Position numbers and translations under genes: made by a program. The notes under the pieces are model-generated. The model was given only the letters and a program-made list of their open reading frames with translations, did no database searches and was not told the origin of the DNA. A DNA stretch of 64,000 nucleotides from a bacterium (GTDB taxonomy: Bacteria > Zhuqueibacterota > Zhuqueibacteria > Residuimicrobiales > Krinioviventaceae), in assembly GCA_963674595.2 (NCBI GenBank), contig CAXXFV010000027.1, positions 352,001 to 416,000 on the forward strand, in the 5' to 3' direction. Below are positions 20,658 to 31,124 of the stretch, piece by piece. Numbering within the stretch: position 1 is the stretch's first letter; every line of letters begins with the position of its first letter.

Positions 20658-22916
20658 CTATTTATCCAAGCCCCATTCTTTATTAGGTTCGGGGCCCATG
20701 GTGAAAACAAGTTTTCCACCGTTGACGATTTCCTCGTGAGAAATAAATGCTTTATTATAAGGTGTTCCGTCAAGTGTTGCCGATTGGATATAGATATTTT
20801 CCGGTGACAGATTTTTTGCTTCTACAACAAACTCTTTGCCGGGATAAAATTTGGTATCGAGTTTCAGCACAACCTGATCAAAAATTGGTGCTGTTAAAGC
20901 ATAAGTCGGATTTCCAGGACAAACCTGATAAAGTCCCATGGCACTCATTACATACCATGCCGCCATGCAGCCGTAATCATCATCCATTTCCAGTAAATAA
21001 CCATCAGGGGTGGCTTTGTAAATTCTGTCATGAATCGGTTCGGGAAAGAATTGATGTGTACCATAAAGTTGTGTCATGGGTTCAGTCAAAATTTTACGCA
21101 CCCATTTTTGGGTAAACCAGGGCGCACCGGAATAGTTGAACAAAAACGGAGCCTGAAGATCGGGCTGGTTACCGGCGCTATATAAATCATTTTCAAAAAA
21201 GTAGTTTAAATCGTTCGTAAACTTTTTCGGTCCGCCAACCAATTCAATTAAACCGTCAACATCATTCAAAACAAACCAACGCCAGTGCCATTTACTGCCT
21301 TCGTAATTATATTTTTCACGATTCAGTTTCGGATCAGAAGGAAAATCAAGCCATTTGCCATTTTTTGCTCTTGCTCTGAAAAAACCAACCTCGTCATTCC
21401 AGGTATTTCGGTAAATTTGTGATCTTTTCATGAAATAATCATAATCATCTTTTTTATCCAAACCTTTGGCAACTTGTGCAACACACCAGTTATCATAGGA
21501 ATATTCACAATTTTGGTCCGGTCTTTTTGGAATGAATCCTATTTTATCATATCTTTTCGGCATTTGTGCCATCATTTCCTGTTTCATTCCTTTGTACATT
21601 GGGGCCATATCAAAATCGACCAAACCTTTTGTATACGAATCGGTCGGTATTGCCAGCATGTGTTCATGACGACAGGTATGAAATGGTATATATCCATTTT
21701 TTCCCTGGGCCACAAATCCGACTCCATGAGGCGGATGGTCCGTATCCGGGAACGGAAGATAATTGTCTACCTGGCTATAAAGGTCCAAAATAGATTTTGT
21801 TATGTCATACATTAACTGCGGCGCGGTAATGGAATAAAGAGGATACTTTGTCCGGAACGAATCCCAAAACGCAAAATTATCATAATGAGTATGACCGGTT
21901 TCCTGATGGATTTTTTTGTCCAACCCGGGATATCGACCATCAACATCCTGGTTTTTTACCGGTAGAAAATAGGTCCTGAACAAAGCAGTATAAAAAATGG
22001 TTTTATATTCCAGAGAACCTTTAACCATAATATTTTGCAAAAGATCGTTCCACGTAGACTCGGCCTGAACAGCGATTTCATCAAAATTCCAGCCCGGCAT
22101 TTCTGTATTCAGGTTTTTAACAGCACCGTTAATATCAACAGCGGACAGGGCAAGTTTTGCCAAAACCTTATTATCCTTTTGTGCAGGAAAACTAAACAGG
22201 ATGCAAGCACGAGGATTATTAACCTTATTGCCATCCATTACCTGGCCGTTTTCCATTAATACTGCTTTTTCAAATGGACGATTAAATTGAAGAGCAAAAT
22301 AAAAAATTCCACGTCTGTTTAACGTGCCGGTAATCATTGAATTTTCATGCAGCTCAACATTAAATCCACCATTGCTTAAATTTCCAGGATGTAATAAAAC
22401 ATATCCGGTAGAATCATTTGCAAACTCATACCTGTGCATACCGGCCCGTGTTGTTGCCGTTAATTCAACTTTTGTGTGTGTTTCCGGTGAATAAACAGAA
22501 TACCAACCTGGTTTTGCCTTTTCGGTATTTTTATCGATAACCGGATAAAATTCCAACAGCTTTTCAGGCACATTACCTGTAAACGGCAGAAGCGCAACAG
22601 CACCGGCACGATCACCAATAGTGGTCCCACCCGAGCTGCCTTTATGAAAATGGCTGAATCCTCTGACCTGATTATCGGCATAGTTATAACCGGAATGTGC
22701 CCAATCTCCATTTGCCGTTAAACTGCCGGGATAGGTATCGGGACCAAGTTTGACCAAACCACCCGGTAAAAGAGCTGACGGATGCCAATGTCCATGATCA
22801 CCCTGTGAACATATAAATGGATCAACATATTGTGTTACATTCACTTTCTTTTGAGCACATTGACTAAAAACAATAACCAGTATAAAACTTGATATAAAAA
22901 ATATTTTTCTCATCAT
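20658..22916 (-). CDS. GH92 family alpha-mannosidase
   Basis: YVDPFI, FWDSFR, EYSYDNW, YEGS, GNQP, MDDDYGCMAAWY and NIYIQSATLDG motifs; lipoprotein-like N-terminus. Confidence 0.9.
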   Translation of the reverse strand: MMRKIFFISSFILVIVFSQCAQKKVNVTQYVDPFICSQGDHGHWHPSALLPGGLVKLGPDTYPGSLTANGDWAHSGYNYADNQVRGFSHFHKGSSGGTTIGDRAGAVALLPFTGNVPEKLLEFYPVIDKNTEKAKPGWYSVYSPETHTKVELTATTRAGMHRYEFANDSTGYVLLHPGNLSNGGFNVELHENSMITGTLNRRGIFYFALQFNRPFEKAVLMENGQVMDGNKVNNPRACILFSFPAQKDNKVLAKLALSAVDINGAVKNLNTEMPGWNFDEIAVQAESTWNDLLQNIMVKGSLEYKTIFYTALFRTYFLPVKNQDVDGRYPGLDKKIHQETGHTHYDNFAFWDSFRTKYPLYSITAPQLMYDITKSILDLYSQVDNYLPFPDTDHPPHGVGFVAQGKNGYIPFHTCRHEHMLAIPTDSYTKGLVDFDMAPMYKGMKQEMMAQMPKRYDKIGFIPKRPDQNCEYSYDNWCVAQVAKGLDKKDDYDYFMKRSQIYRNTWNDEVGFFRARAKNGKWLDFPSDPKLNREKYNYEGSKWHWRWFVLNDVDGLIELVGGPKKFTNDLNYFFENDLYSAGNQPDLQAPFLFNYSGAPWFTQKWVRKILTEPMTQLYGTHQFFPEPIHDRIYKATPDGYLLEMDDDYGCMAAWYVMSAMGLYQVCPGNPTYALTAPIFDQVVLKLDTKFYPGKEFVVEAKNLSPENIYIQSATLDGTPYNKAFISHEEIVNGGKLVFTMGPEPNKEWGLDK

Positions 22917-22924
22917 ATCTCCAT

Positions 22925-25444
22925 TTAAATTTGATCTTCAATTAAATTTAATTCCTGTATATCCAAATTATTTTCAAATGGAATGAATATCGTTTTAATT
23001 TCACACGAACTCATCTTTAGGTTTACAGTACGATTTATATCAATAATTTTTATATATCCTTCAGAGTCCATTCCATATAATTCAACACAACGCAGTACAA
23101 ACCCATATCGGTCTTCGGCCATTTTTACCACTGAAATGGATATATTTTGTAAATCCGTTTCTATAAAAGATTTTTTCGGTTCAAGACGGGCTTTTTGATT
23201 GGACGCGTTTTGAATAACCGGCGGCTGTAAAAAAACCTCTGCTTTAACGGGAATTTGAGCCCTGCGCCAATCACCAATATGCGGAACAATTTTATATGCA
23301 AATTCATGTATTCCCTGTTCCATAAAACGGCAACTATCAGCATCGGTAACTTGCAGCGGATTATGATGAGACCAGGCTGTGCTGTGCAAAATGGTTATCC
23401 GTATATCACCCTGTTTTACACTGTAACCGCATTTACTGTCATTGATAACAGCCACGCCGTACTGTTCCGCACCGGTTTTGGTGCTGACATCCACCCAACT
23501 TTGACCGGGCTCTTCTTCTCCGGTCATGTTTCTCTCTTTAAATCCATAAGGCACCGAATAGGTGCAAGTTCCATCGGTTATGCCGGTTGGGAAACTTAAT
23601 TTTAATACCTTGTATTTTTCATGCCAGTCCACCAGAAAATCACAATGTAATTCTGCTGAATTTTGATATAATGAAAAGACCTGGGTGATGAATGAATTTC
23701 CCCAGAAACTTTTCACTTCCAAACGACATAATTCGGGACCTTGTTCAAGAATCCGGAACTGTGCATTTGAAAAATTTCCAAGTTCCTGATCATAAGAAAT
23801 TATCCGGTGTCCCCAGGTATCATCCCAGTCTTCTAAAACAACGGGCAATGAAGCGAGTTCGTTTAGGGCAGATTTATTATTCACTTTATCAATAAATGAA
23901 AGAATAGCACCTGTTTTTTCATCAAATTCAATTTTAACGAAATTATTTTCCAGGGATTTTTCTGTAACAAAAAGTCCATTGTTTTGTTCAGGTAAATCAT
24001 TTTTCTGAAAATCCAAACGATATACATGGTAACCGAAACCAGGAATTTTAGCATTAAATAGTATCCGAATACGGGCTTTTCCATTTTCCTGCTTGGCTGC
24101 CGCCGTTGGTAATATTTGATAAGGGACAATATTCCCTTCAGCATCTCTCAGTGTTATAGAGTCCCTATCTATTACACAAGGTGCATTTCGAAGAGACATA
24201 AATTCTATCCCGGTTTCCTGTGGAAATAAAATTTCAGATTCATACTCGATATAGGTTTCGAGTGAACACGCATGGGGATTAAAAACCACAAAAGGCATGG
24301 ATAAAGGATATTCTTTAGAATAGGTATTAATCTGTGAGATCATCAACCGGTAAGATTTGAACATTGTTTCCTGTGCCACGGTCTGCACGAAACCATATTC
24401 GTTACCGGCCTGTACATAAGCTTCTTCGATGGACGACCCTGCCAAAATATCATGGAACTGATTGAACAAAACAAACTTCCAGGCCTTTTTAAAATCTTCA
24501 ACCGGATATTGGTAAAGCGAACATAATGATGACAAGGAAGCCAATTTTTCTGCCGTTAGTAACTGGTTGGTTGTATGCCTGTCCCATTTTTTAACGGCAG
24601 CACAAGCGGAATAACATCCGCGAGCATGATGCAACAAGTCATCTTTTAAAACAGGGATATTATCCTTCTGTGCAGTAACAAACTGTGTATATTCTAATAA
24701 AGATTTATGGATTAAATTAGGAAAAGTTGTTTCCCTTAATTTTTCAATCTTTTCAATTGTACGAATTGTCGGACCGCCGCCATGGTTCCCAACACCGTAT
24801 AAAACCACAGCTTTATCCATGAGAGGTAATTTTTCCCCGAATACCTGTTCGTAATCATTCAATCGTTCTTCTATATCATTTTCATGGGCGTTATATGATT
24901 TTATAATAGAAATTGCGGGAATTTGTGTCCCGTCAATTCCCTCCCAGTTAAAAACAGGCGCGGGGATGGTACTTTTTTCATGGCTTTCCGGGCGCATATA
25001 CATATAACATGTGAAACCTTGTTTAGTTAATATCTGCGGTAATGTCCAGGGGTGACCAAAAGTATCCGGACTGAAAGCGACCGTAATAAATTGATCAAAA
25101 TATTTTTTGAAAAAATGCTGGGCATACAAACCCTGTCTTACCAGGGCTTCTCCGTGCGGACAGTTTACATCTGCTTCCACCCACCAGCCGCCGACAATTA
25201 TCCACCGGCCCTCTTTTACGCGCTGTTTAATTTCTGCAAACATGGCAGGGTCTGATTCAGCAACCCATTCATAAAACTGTGCAGAGCTTGCCAGAAAATA
25301 GACTTGAGGAAATTCCGTTAATCTGTCCAGTGCAGAACGAAATGTTGCAAAAACTTCCTGATACCCTTCTGCCTTGTTCCATTGCCAAACGGGATCCATA
25401 TGTGCGTGACCAATAGCGAATAACTGTAGATTTTTCTTTGTCAT
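22925..25444 (-). CDS. GH38 family alpha-mannosidase (cytoplasmic)
   Basis: GHAHMDPVWQW, GGWWVEADVN, PDTFGH, GVGNHGGGP and NQFHDILAGS motifs; no signal peptide. Confidence 0.92.
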   Translation of the reverse strand: MTKKNLQLFAIGHAHMDPVWQWNKAEGYQEVFATFRSALDRLTEFPQVYFLASSAQFYEWVAESDPAMFAEIKQRVKEGRWIIVGGWWVEADVNCPHGEALVRQGLYAQHFFKKYFDQFITVAFSPDTFGHPWTLPQILTKQGFTCYMYMRPESHEKSTIPAPVFNWEGIDGTQIPAISIIKSYNAHENDIEERLNDYEQVFGEKLPLMDKAVVLYGVGNHGGGPTIRTIEKIEKLRETTFPNLIHKSLLEYTQFVTAQKDNIPVLKDDLLHHARGCYSACAAVKKWDRHTTNQLLTAEKLASLSSLCSLYQYPVEDFKKAWKFVLFNQFHDILAGSSIEEAYVQAGNEYGFVQTVAQETMFKSYRLMISQINTYSKEYPLSMPFVVFNPHACSLETYIEYESEILFPQETGIEFMSLRNAPCVIDRDSITLRDAEGNIVPYQILPTAAAKQENGKARIRILFNAKIPGFGYHVYRLDFQKNDLPEQNNGLFVTEKSLENNFVKIEFDEKTGAILSFIDKVNNKSALNELASLPVVLEDWDDTWGHRIISYDQELGNFSNAQFRILEQGPELCRLEVKSFWGNSFITQVFSLYQNSAELHCDFLVDWHEKYKVLKLSFPTGITDGTCTYSVPYGFKERNMTGEEEPGQSWVDVSTKTGAEQYGVAVINDSKCGYSVKQGDIRITILHSTAWSHHNPLQVTDADSCRFMEQGIHEFAYKIVPHIGDWRRAQIPVKAEVFLQPPVIQNASNQKARLEPKKSFIETDLQNISISVVKMAEDRYGFVLRCVELYGMDSEGYIKIIDINRTVNLKMSSCEIKTIFIPFENNLDIQELNLIEDQI

Positions 25445-25449
25445 AGGTA

Positions 25450-27432
25450 TTATCTCTCAAATTTTTTAGTTGCGTCCGAAAAAGCTTTACCTTTTGCAGG
25501 GAGATTCCGGTACCAGGTAAAATACATTACAATTAAACAAGTTAAAAATATTGAAAACGTGATAATAAAAGATCGATAAGCATGGATAACAAGCTGCATC
25601 GGCCAGAGGAACAATGTGATTTGCCAACCTAATGAAAATGGAAGGGTAATTATATCGTTTCTATGCTCCTTTTTCATTGATTTTTGAATGTCAGCATCTA
25701 CACGATTTCGAAAAGGTTTCCAAAAACCAAAAGGCCGGGTCGTTTTGTAAAAATTTAAAACCACCTCATCTTTTGACGGTTTTGTTAAAAAAGTACCGAT
25801 AATGGTGGCCGCCAGCACAACAAGAGACAAAATCGTAAACTGCTGCCATTCTACAAGATTGGGCCAAAAAGCACGTTGAACAAATGCGCCTGTAATTCCA
25901 ACGATGGTTCCGATTGCAAATCCGCCTCCATTAAAACGCCACCAATAAAATTTAAACATGGCGGGTATAGTAAGACCACACCCCAGACTCATAATAATCC
26001 ACCCCCAAATTTCATTGATGGTTTTTATTTTATAAGCCATCACATAACTTAACGTCACCAAAACCAGAATAAATGCATAAGACACATAAATCAATTCTCT
26101 GTTTGATGATTTGGGTCGAAGATAACGCTGATAAATATCACGGGTGAAAAATGCCGAAGTACGGTTTACATGAGAGTCAAAAGACGACATACAAGCGGCA
26201 ATAAGCGCAACGAGCAACAGGCCCCTTAAACCCATAGGAATATCAAACAAAATAACAGCCGGTAGAATTCTCTCGGGATTGACGGTCCCTTCAAAGCTCA
26301 GCAAACGTAGTTTGTTTTGCCAGTCGTCTGCAAATAAATGTTTCAAACCGTCAATTAACTCTGCCGGATAATTTGCCGGTGTATTCATAATTCCGGATAA
26401 TACATCCGCCCATCGTTCCGGTTGGATATGGGGAATAAAATGTTTAATCATTTCTGCAGCCTGCATCATAACAACCTGATCAGGAAATAAATCGTTAACC
26501 AGATAGAGCCCAAGCACTGCAAATCCAATCATCATGGGCCAACGCACCATCATTAAAGTGATCCACATAAAAGTCAATATATTACTTTCACGCTCATTCC
26601 GGGCGCCAAAATATTTTGGATCTGCACCTTCGGCAACGCCGCCGACAAAACTACGTAAAAAATAAAAAAACACAAAAAGAACAAGATGCTGATATACTTC
26701 ATAGCCCTTTGGCATTGTTGTATTCCATTGAACAGTGCTGCTCATCCAATGAGAATTTCCTGTTACTTTTTCTGCCAACATGGAAAGCGTTGGAGCATCT
26801 GATATTTTTGTAAAAGCCATTAATGAAATTATAAGGACAGCAGACAGAATTATTAACGACTGGAATATATCCGTAAAAACAACTCCATAAAATCCCGACG
26901 CCATCGTATAAATCGTTGCAACAACGATAAGAATTAAAGAACACACAAGAGGTGAAAAAGGCAAAAACATGGATATAAACAGCCCCACCCCTTTTATAAG
27001 ATAAGCAAGTGCACCGATGGTGCCGATTATTCCTGCAAAAGCAAAGGCAAGACGGGCAAACTGTCCGCCCCATTCACTGCCGAACCGATATTCCATCCAT
27101 TCGGCACCGGTCATACATTTAGACCGGTAATGGTACTTACCTGTCCATGCCAGGATAAATGATAACAATAATACTGCACCGCCACGAAATTCAATAAACA
27201 AACCACGTGGTCCAAGGATGAATAAAAATGAAACAATCAACATCGTACCGGCGATATCAAGATACGAAGCCATACCGGAAATACCCAATGCCCACCAGGG
27301 AAGTGTATTACCACCGAGAAAATAATCCTGTATGCTGCTTGATGCACGTTTTTGAAGATAAAGTCCCAGTCCTATTAATATTGCAAAGTAGACAAGAATG
27401 ACTGAATAATCAAAAGAATTTAAAAATTTCAC
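25450..27432 (-). CDS. Sodium:solute symporter (SSS family)
   Basis: DYFLGGNTLPWW motif, many TM helices, IAACMSSFDS. Confidence 0.9.
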   Translation of the reverse strand: MKFLNSFDYSVILVYFAILIGLGLYLQKRASSSIQDYFLGGNTLPWWALGISGMASYLDIAGTMLIVSFLFILGPRGLFIEFRGGAVLLLSFILAWTGKYHYRSKCMTGAEWMEYRFGSEWGGQFARLAFAFAGIIGTIGALAYLIKGVGLFISMFLPFSPLVCSLILIVVATIYTMASGFYGVVFTDIFQSLIILSAVLIISLMAFTKISDAPTLSMLAEKVTGNSHWMSSTVQWNTTMPKGYEVYQHLVLFVFFYFLRSFVGGVAEGADPKYFGARNERESNILTFMWITLMMVRWPMMIGFAVLGLYLVNDLFPDQVVMMQAAEMIKHFIPHIQPERWADVLSGIMNTPANYPAELIDGLKHLFADDWQNKLRLLSFEGTVNPERILPAVILFDIPMGLRGLLLVALIAACMSSFDSHVNRTSAFFTRDIYQRYLRPKSSNRELIYVSYAFILVLVTLSYVMAYKIKTINEIWGWIIMSLGCGLTIPAMFKFYWWRFNGGGFAIGTIVGITGAFVQRAFWPNLVEWQQFTILSLVVLAATIIGTFLTKPSKDEVVLNFYKTTRPFGFWKPFRNRVDADIQKSMKKEHRNDIITLPFSLGWQITLFLWPMQLVIHAYRSFIITFSIFLTCLIVMYFTWYRNLPAKGKAFSDATKKFER

Positions 27433-27521
27433 GTACGATCCTTTATTTTAGTTAGTTGCATATAAAACCAAATTTCAATTTTAACTTTCAACCTGTTCTG
27501 TTTATATACTTTTATATATTA

Positions 27522-29651
27522 TCATTTAAAAACAAGATGGACAGATTGTTTTACGGGCATCTCGACCCCTTTATAATTTTTATAATTGATATTTGTAAAT
27601 TCATCCATATCGTTATTATCCGGTCCGTAAAAATTCTTACTTGATAATTCCGGCAACATAACGACAATTTTTCCATCCGGCAATGTTCCTTTAAATTTTA
27701 TATCTATTAGTAATTTTTCAGATGATTTACAATCGATATTTAAAGAAAGACGTGTTTTTTCAAAAGGTAAAAATAAATTTTGTATTGAAATCTCATGCCC
27801 CATACATTCTTTGGGAATATGAGGAAAAATAATCAATCGTTTTTCAAACCGGTTATATCTAATTCCAAATATATTTTCAATAATAGCCTGAATATATTGT
27901 GAGGCTGTCCAGCCATAACGTGCAACACCCTCACCTGAACCGGTACCTGGCACAACGTATTCGCTAAAATTGTTGTTAAACATTTTTATCGTCGCCCATG
28001 CCAGTTCGGATGCCAAATTATGTTTGCCTGCATCTTCAAGTCCGTTGATAATAAGCATATTTCTCAAAGTCCAAACATCACCGAACCACGCCGTACCATC
28101 ATAAATCCCTGTGGCTTCAACAAACTCTGGTTCTGTTAAAGCGATACTTGTAACCGGATGTATTCCCCAGTTAAAAATTTCAGGATTTACCAGTAAAGAA
28201 ACGAGTTTATCAATTCGTTCTAAAGGTGCAATATTATACCGGAGGGGATCAAATGTTGTACAAATCAATCGGGGCTTTTTCACTTTATTATGTGTATCAT
28301 AATTATAATAGGCATTTGTTTTATCGCACCATAAATATTTATTAATAGCCTGGCAAAGTTGTTCGAACAATTGATTATAAAATTGAGAATCATCTTCATA
28401 GTCAAGATAGCGGGCCAATTTACACGTATTATAACAACCGATGGCAACAGCTACATTCAAATCAATTGGCGCCAATGTTCCGGGGATTGCCTTTTTATCA
28501 CCAAAACTTTTGTCACTAAAACTCTCTTCAAAAACAGCAGTAATCAGACCGGTCCCGGCATCTCTCTTTAATGGAGAAAACCAATAGCCGAGATATTTTT
28601 TCATCATATCAAAAATCAACTCTTGTAGTTGTTTATCATCCGTTCTAACTGCAACATCAAAAGCTGCTTCAAAAAACCGGGGAAGACTGCTGACGTTAGC
28701 CGGCATCCCCCGAACGGCGGAACCGCCCCACAAGTCAATACGGCCATCAGGATTTTGAGACTGAACACCGGCAAATCCCCGCATCATGTTCTCAACAAAT
28801 TTTTGATTAACCCATTTTGCCCCTGCAATGTTTAAACTGGCATCGAGCTGCCACCAGGATTGCCCGTATCTGCCGCCCGGTGCTAAAAACGGATAATTAA
28901 AACCTTTCATAGGAACATCGGTGACAAGACACTCATCGAGAATTTTAAAAGCATCCTGAAAGTGCTCCTGACTAATACCCGGCAGTTTTATTTCAGGTAC
29001 AACCTTGTCACTGCACAAATCAGGACGGGCAGGTGTTTTTGCCGGTTGACCATTAACAATTTTAATCCAGTCAATCCATATATCCCCCCTCATGCCCATT
29101 TGTACCGGTCGGATGCAAATTTGATCGATAATGCCCTGCCATGTACTGTCGATATAACAGACAACCTCCTGCCATTCCGGGCAGTCCGGCCTCATTGTAA
29201 ATCGTGCTGAACCGGCATCTTTATCCTGGTTTTCTTTTGTTCGCCAGTAAATATAGCCATCTGTCTCAGGTGATAAATTCCTGATTTTCATACGGACTTG
29301 ATTAAATTCAGGCACCGATATATCAAGTCCGGATGGAGATATGATATCGTACCTGGGTTTTACTCCCCAAATCTGGTAGGCCCATGAAGAAGGATCAAAC
29401 TTGTTTGTATCCGGCGCAACAGAAATCCAGATGGAACCGCCAATAATCCCGCTTTTATTTCCAGTCGGCAATTGCCAGCCCTGACTGTCATTCCATTTAT
29501 TAAAGTCCCAAAACAGGTCGGATGATTCTGTTTTTAATTTAGGCAGATTTTTCCTGACATCTTTATCTTGCCCGGGCGTTTGACCATAAACAGAACATAT
29601 AATTGAAACATTTGTAAAAAGTAAAAATATTATAAATCTAAAAAATAGCAT
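27522..29651 (-). CDS. Secreted GH63/GH37-like (MGH1-like) six-hairpin glycoside hydrolase with N-terminal beta-sandwich
   Basis: APGGRYGQSWWQLD, APIDLN, WFGDVW, FSEY and YGWTAS motifs; signal peptide. Confidence 0.7.
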   Translation of the reverse strand: MLFFRFIIFLLFTNVSIICSVYGQTPGQDKDVRKNLPKLKTESSDLFWDFNKWNDSQGWQLPTGNKSGIIGGSIWISVAPDTNKFDPSSWAYQIWGVKPRYDIISPSGLDISVPEFNQVRMKIRNLSPETDGYIYWRTKENQDKDAGSARFTMRPDCPEWQEVVCYIDSTWQGIIDQICIRPVQMGMRGDIWIDWIKIVNGQPAKTPARPDLCSDKVVPEIKLPGISQEHFQDAFKILDECLVTDVPMKGFNYPFLAPGGRYGQSWWQLDASLNIAGAKWVNQKFVENMMRGFAGVQSQNPDGRIDLWGGSAVRGMPANVSSLPRFFEAAFDVAVRTDDKQLQELIFDMMKKYLGYWFSPLKRDAGTGLITAVFEESFSDKSFGDKKAIPGTLAPIDLNVAVAIGCYNTCKLARYLDYEDDSQFYNQLFEQLCQAINKYLWCDKTNAYYNYDTHNKVKKPRLICTTFDPLRYNIAPLERIDKLVSLLVNPEIFNWGIHPVTSIALTEPEFVEATGIYDGTAWFGDVWTLRNMLIINGLEDAGKHNLASELAWATIKMFNNNFSEYVVPGTGSGEGVARYGWTASQYIQAIIENIFGIRYNRFEKRLIIFPHIPKECMGHEISIQNLFLPFEKTRLSLNIDCKSSEKLLIDIKFKGTLPDGKIVVMLPELSSKNFYGPDNNDMDEFTNINYKNYKGVEMPVKQSVHLVFK

Positions 29652-29685
29652 TATTAAAATCTTGAGTGGTAATAAATTAAAAATG

Positions 29686-30990
29686 TTATTCGCTAACGTT
29701 GCCTATTATTTGTACATCACCTTTTGTTTTATTTTCAACATGTAAACTTCCGCCTTCAACGCTGTTACCCATTATTACAGCCGAACGAACATTTTCATCC
29801 AGATAAATATGGGCGTTTGGCGTGTTGCCGTTATCCTGAAACCGGCAATTCATCATTTGAAGGGTACCGTTTTTCATTTCAATAAACGGTATTTCAGGTT
29901 TCCAATGACACTCTATCCAATTTTTTGCGTTAAAATTACATGCCGTCAGGTAAACAGTACCTTTGCCTTTATTGACAAGATGGGTCCCGCCAAGTGTTTC
30001 AGCCCATCCCCAAAAACCGCAATTGGTTAATTTTATGGGGCCCTGGTTTTCCTCTTCTATCAATATACCATCCATAAACTGACAATTTGAAAAGGCAACA
30101 CCGGCATGATATTGCGTTTTTTCAACCAGAACGGCTAAAGGCCCGACATCTGAACCACTTTGAGTGATTAAAATATTAGCCTGAGGATCGTTTCCAACAG
30201 GGTCGCCCTGGGTTTCTATAAAACGAAATCCTACCTTGGCCCAGATAACGAAACAGTTGACCATATACTCCCAATCGCAACGACCAATTATAAATCCTTC
30301 AAGATTTTCAACTGTATATTTGTTAATAATTTCTATTTCTTCTCGCATTTGTTTCGGATAGTGAATGCCCCACCAGTTTACACTGTGAATGTGAACATTC
30401 TCTATTCTGCCGATATCGGTGGTGCGGTCAACATAAATTCCTCTTCGCAGTGCACAAATATTGATATCACGTAAATTATGTGCTCCCTGATAAACAGAGC
30501 CACAGTCAATACCGTTATATGCATTTGCAATTGTAATATCAATAACGTTGCTTCGATAACCCAAAATTTGAATGCAATAAGGGTAAGGATGAATATCGCG
30601 GGGAGTTTGTTCGGGATAAACAATACCCAGACCTTTTAATGTGCTGCTTTCTTCAAGTTGAATAAAGGGTGCAGAATCTTCCTGATCACGTCCGGCAAAG
30701 GGCATTAATACCGTCCCTTTATCATAATATAAATTACTCGGACCTACGGCCGTTCCCTGTAATGTTACGGTACGGGGAATTTTAATAACACCATCGAACC
30801 GGAATTTACCGGCAGGCACATGAACAATACCTCCGGTTTCTCCGGCTTTGTTCAGGGCCTCTTGAAAAGCTTTTGTGTTATCTGTAATACTATCACCAAC
30901 CGCACCAAACTCCATTACATCAAAATCAGAAATTCCGGCAAAAACAAATCCGGTACAAAGCAAAAGACACAACAAAATATTTCGAAGCAC
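29686..30990 (-). CDS. Right-handed beta-helix protein (pectate-lyase-3 / GH28-related)
   Basis: DVMEFGAVGDSITDNTKAFQEAL...VHVPAGKF N-terminus; RIENVH repeats; signal peptide. Confidence 0.8.
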   Translation of the reverse strand: MLRNILLCLLLCTGFVFAGISDFDVMEFGAVGDSITDNTKAFQEALNKAGETGGIVHVPAGKFRFDGVIKIPRTVTLQGTAVGPSNLYYDKGTVLMPFAGRDQEDSAPFIQLEESSTLKGLGIVYPEQTPRDIHPYPYCIQILGYRSNVIDITIANAYNGIDCGSVYQGAHNLRDINICALRRGIYVDRTTDIGRIENVHIHSVNWWGIHYPKQMREEIEIINKYTVENLEGFIIGRCDWEYMVNCFVIWAKVGFRFIETQGDPVGNDPQANILITQSGSDVGPLAVLVEKTQYHAGVAFSNCQFMDGILIEEENQGPIKLTNCGFWGWAETLGGTHLVNKGKGTVYLTACNFNAKNWIECHWKPEIPFIEMKNGTLQMMNCRFQDNGNTPNAHIYLDENVRSAVIMGNSVEGGSLHVENKTKGDVQIIGNVSE

Positions 30991-31124
30991 AAAACCTCCA
31001 CCATTACAAAAATATCAGCCTGAATTTAAAAGGTCATTGTAAAAATATCAATTTTTCATAGCAGAAAAATAATTACAATTTCTACAATGACTTGCCTTAA
31101 AATAATGAATAAATCAAAAATCAA

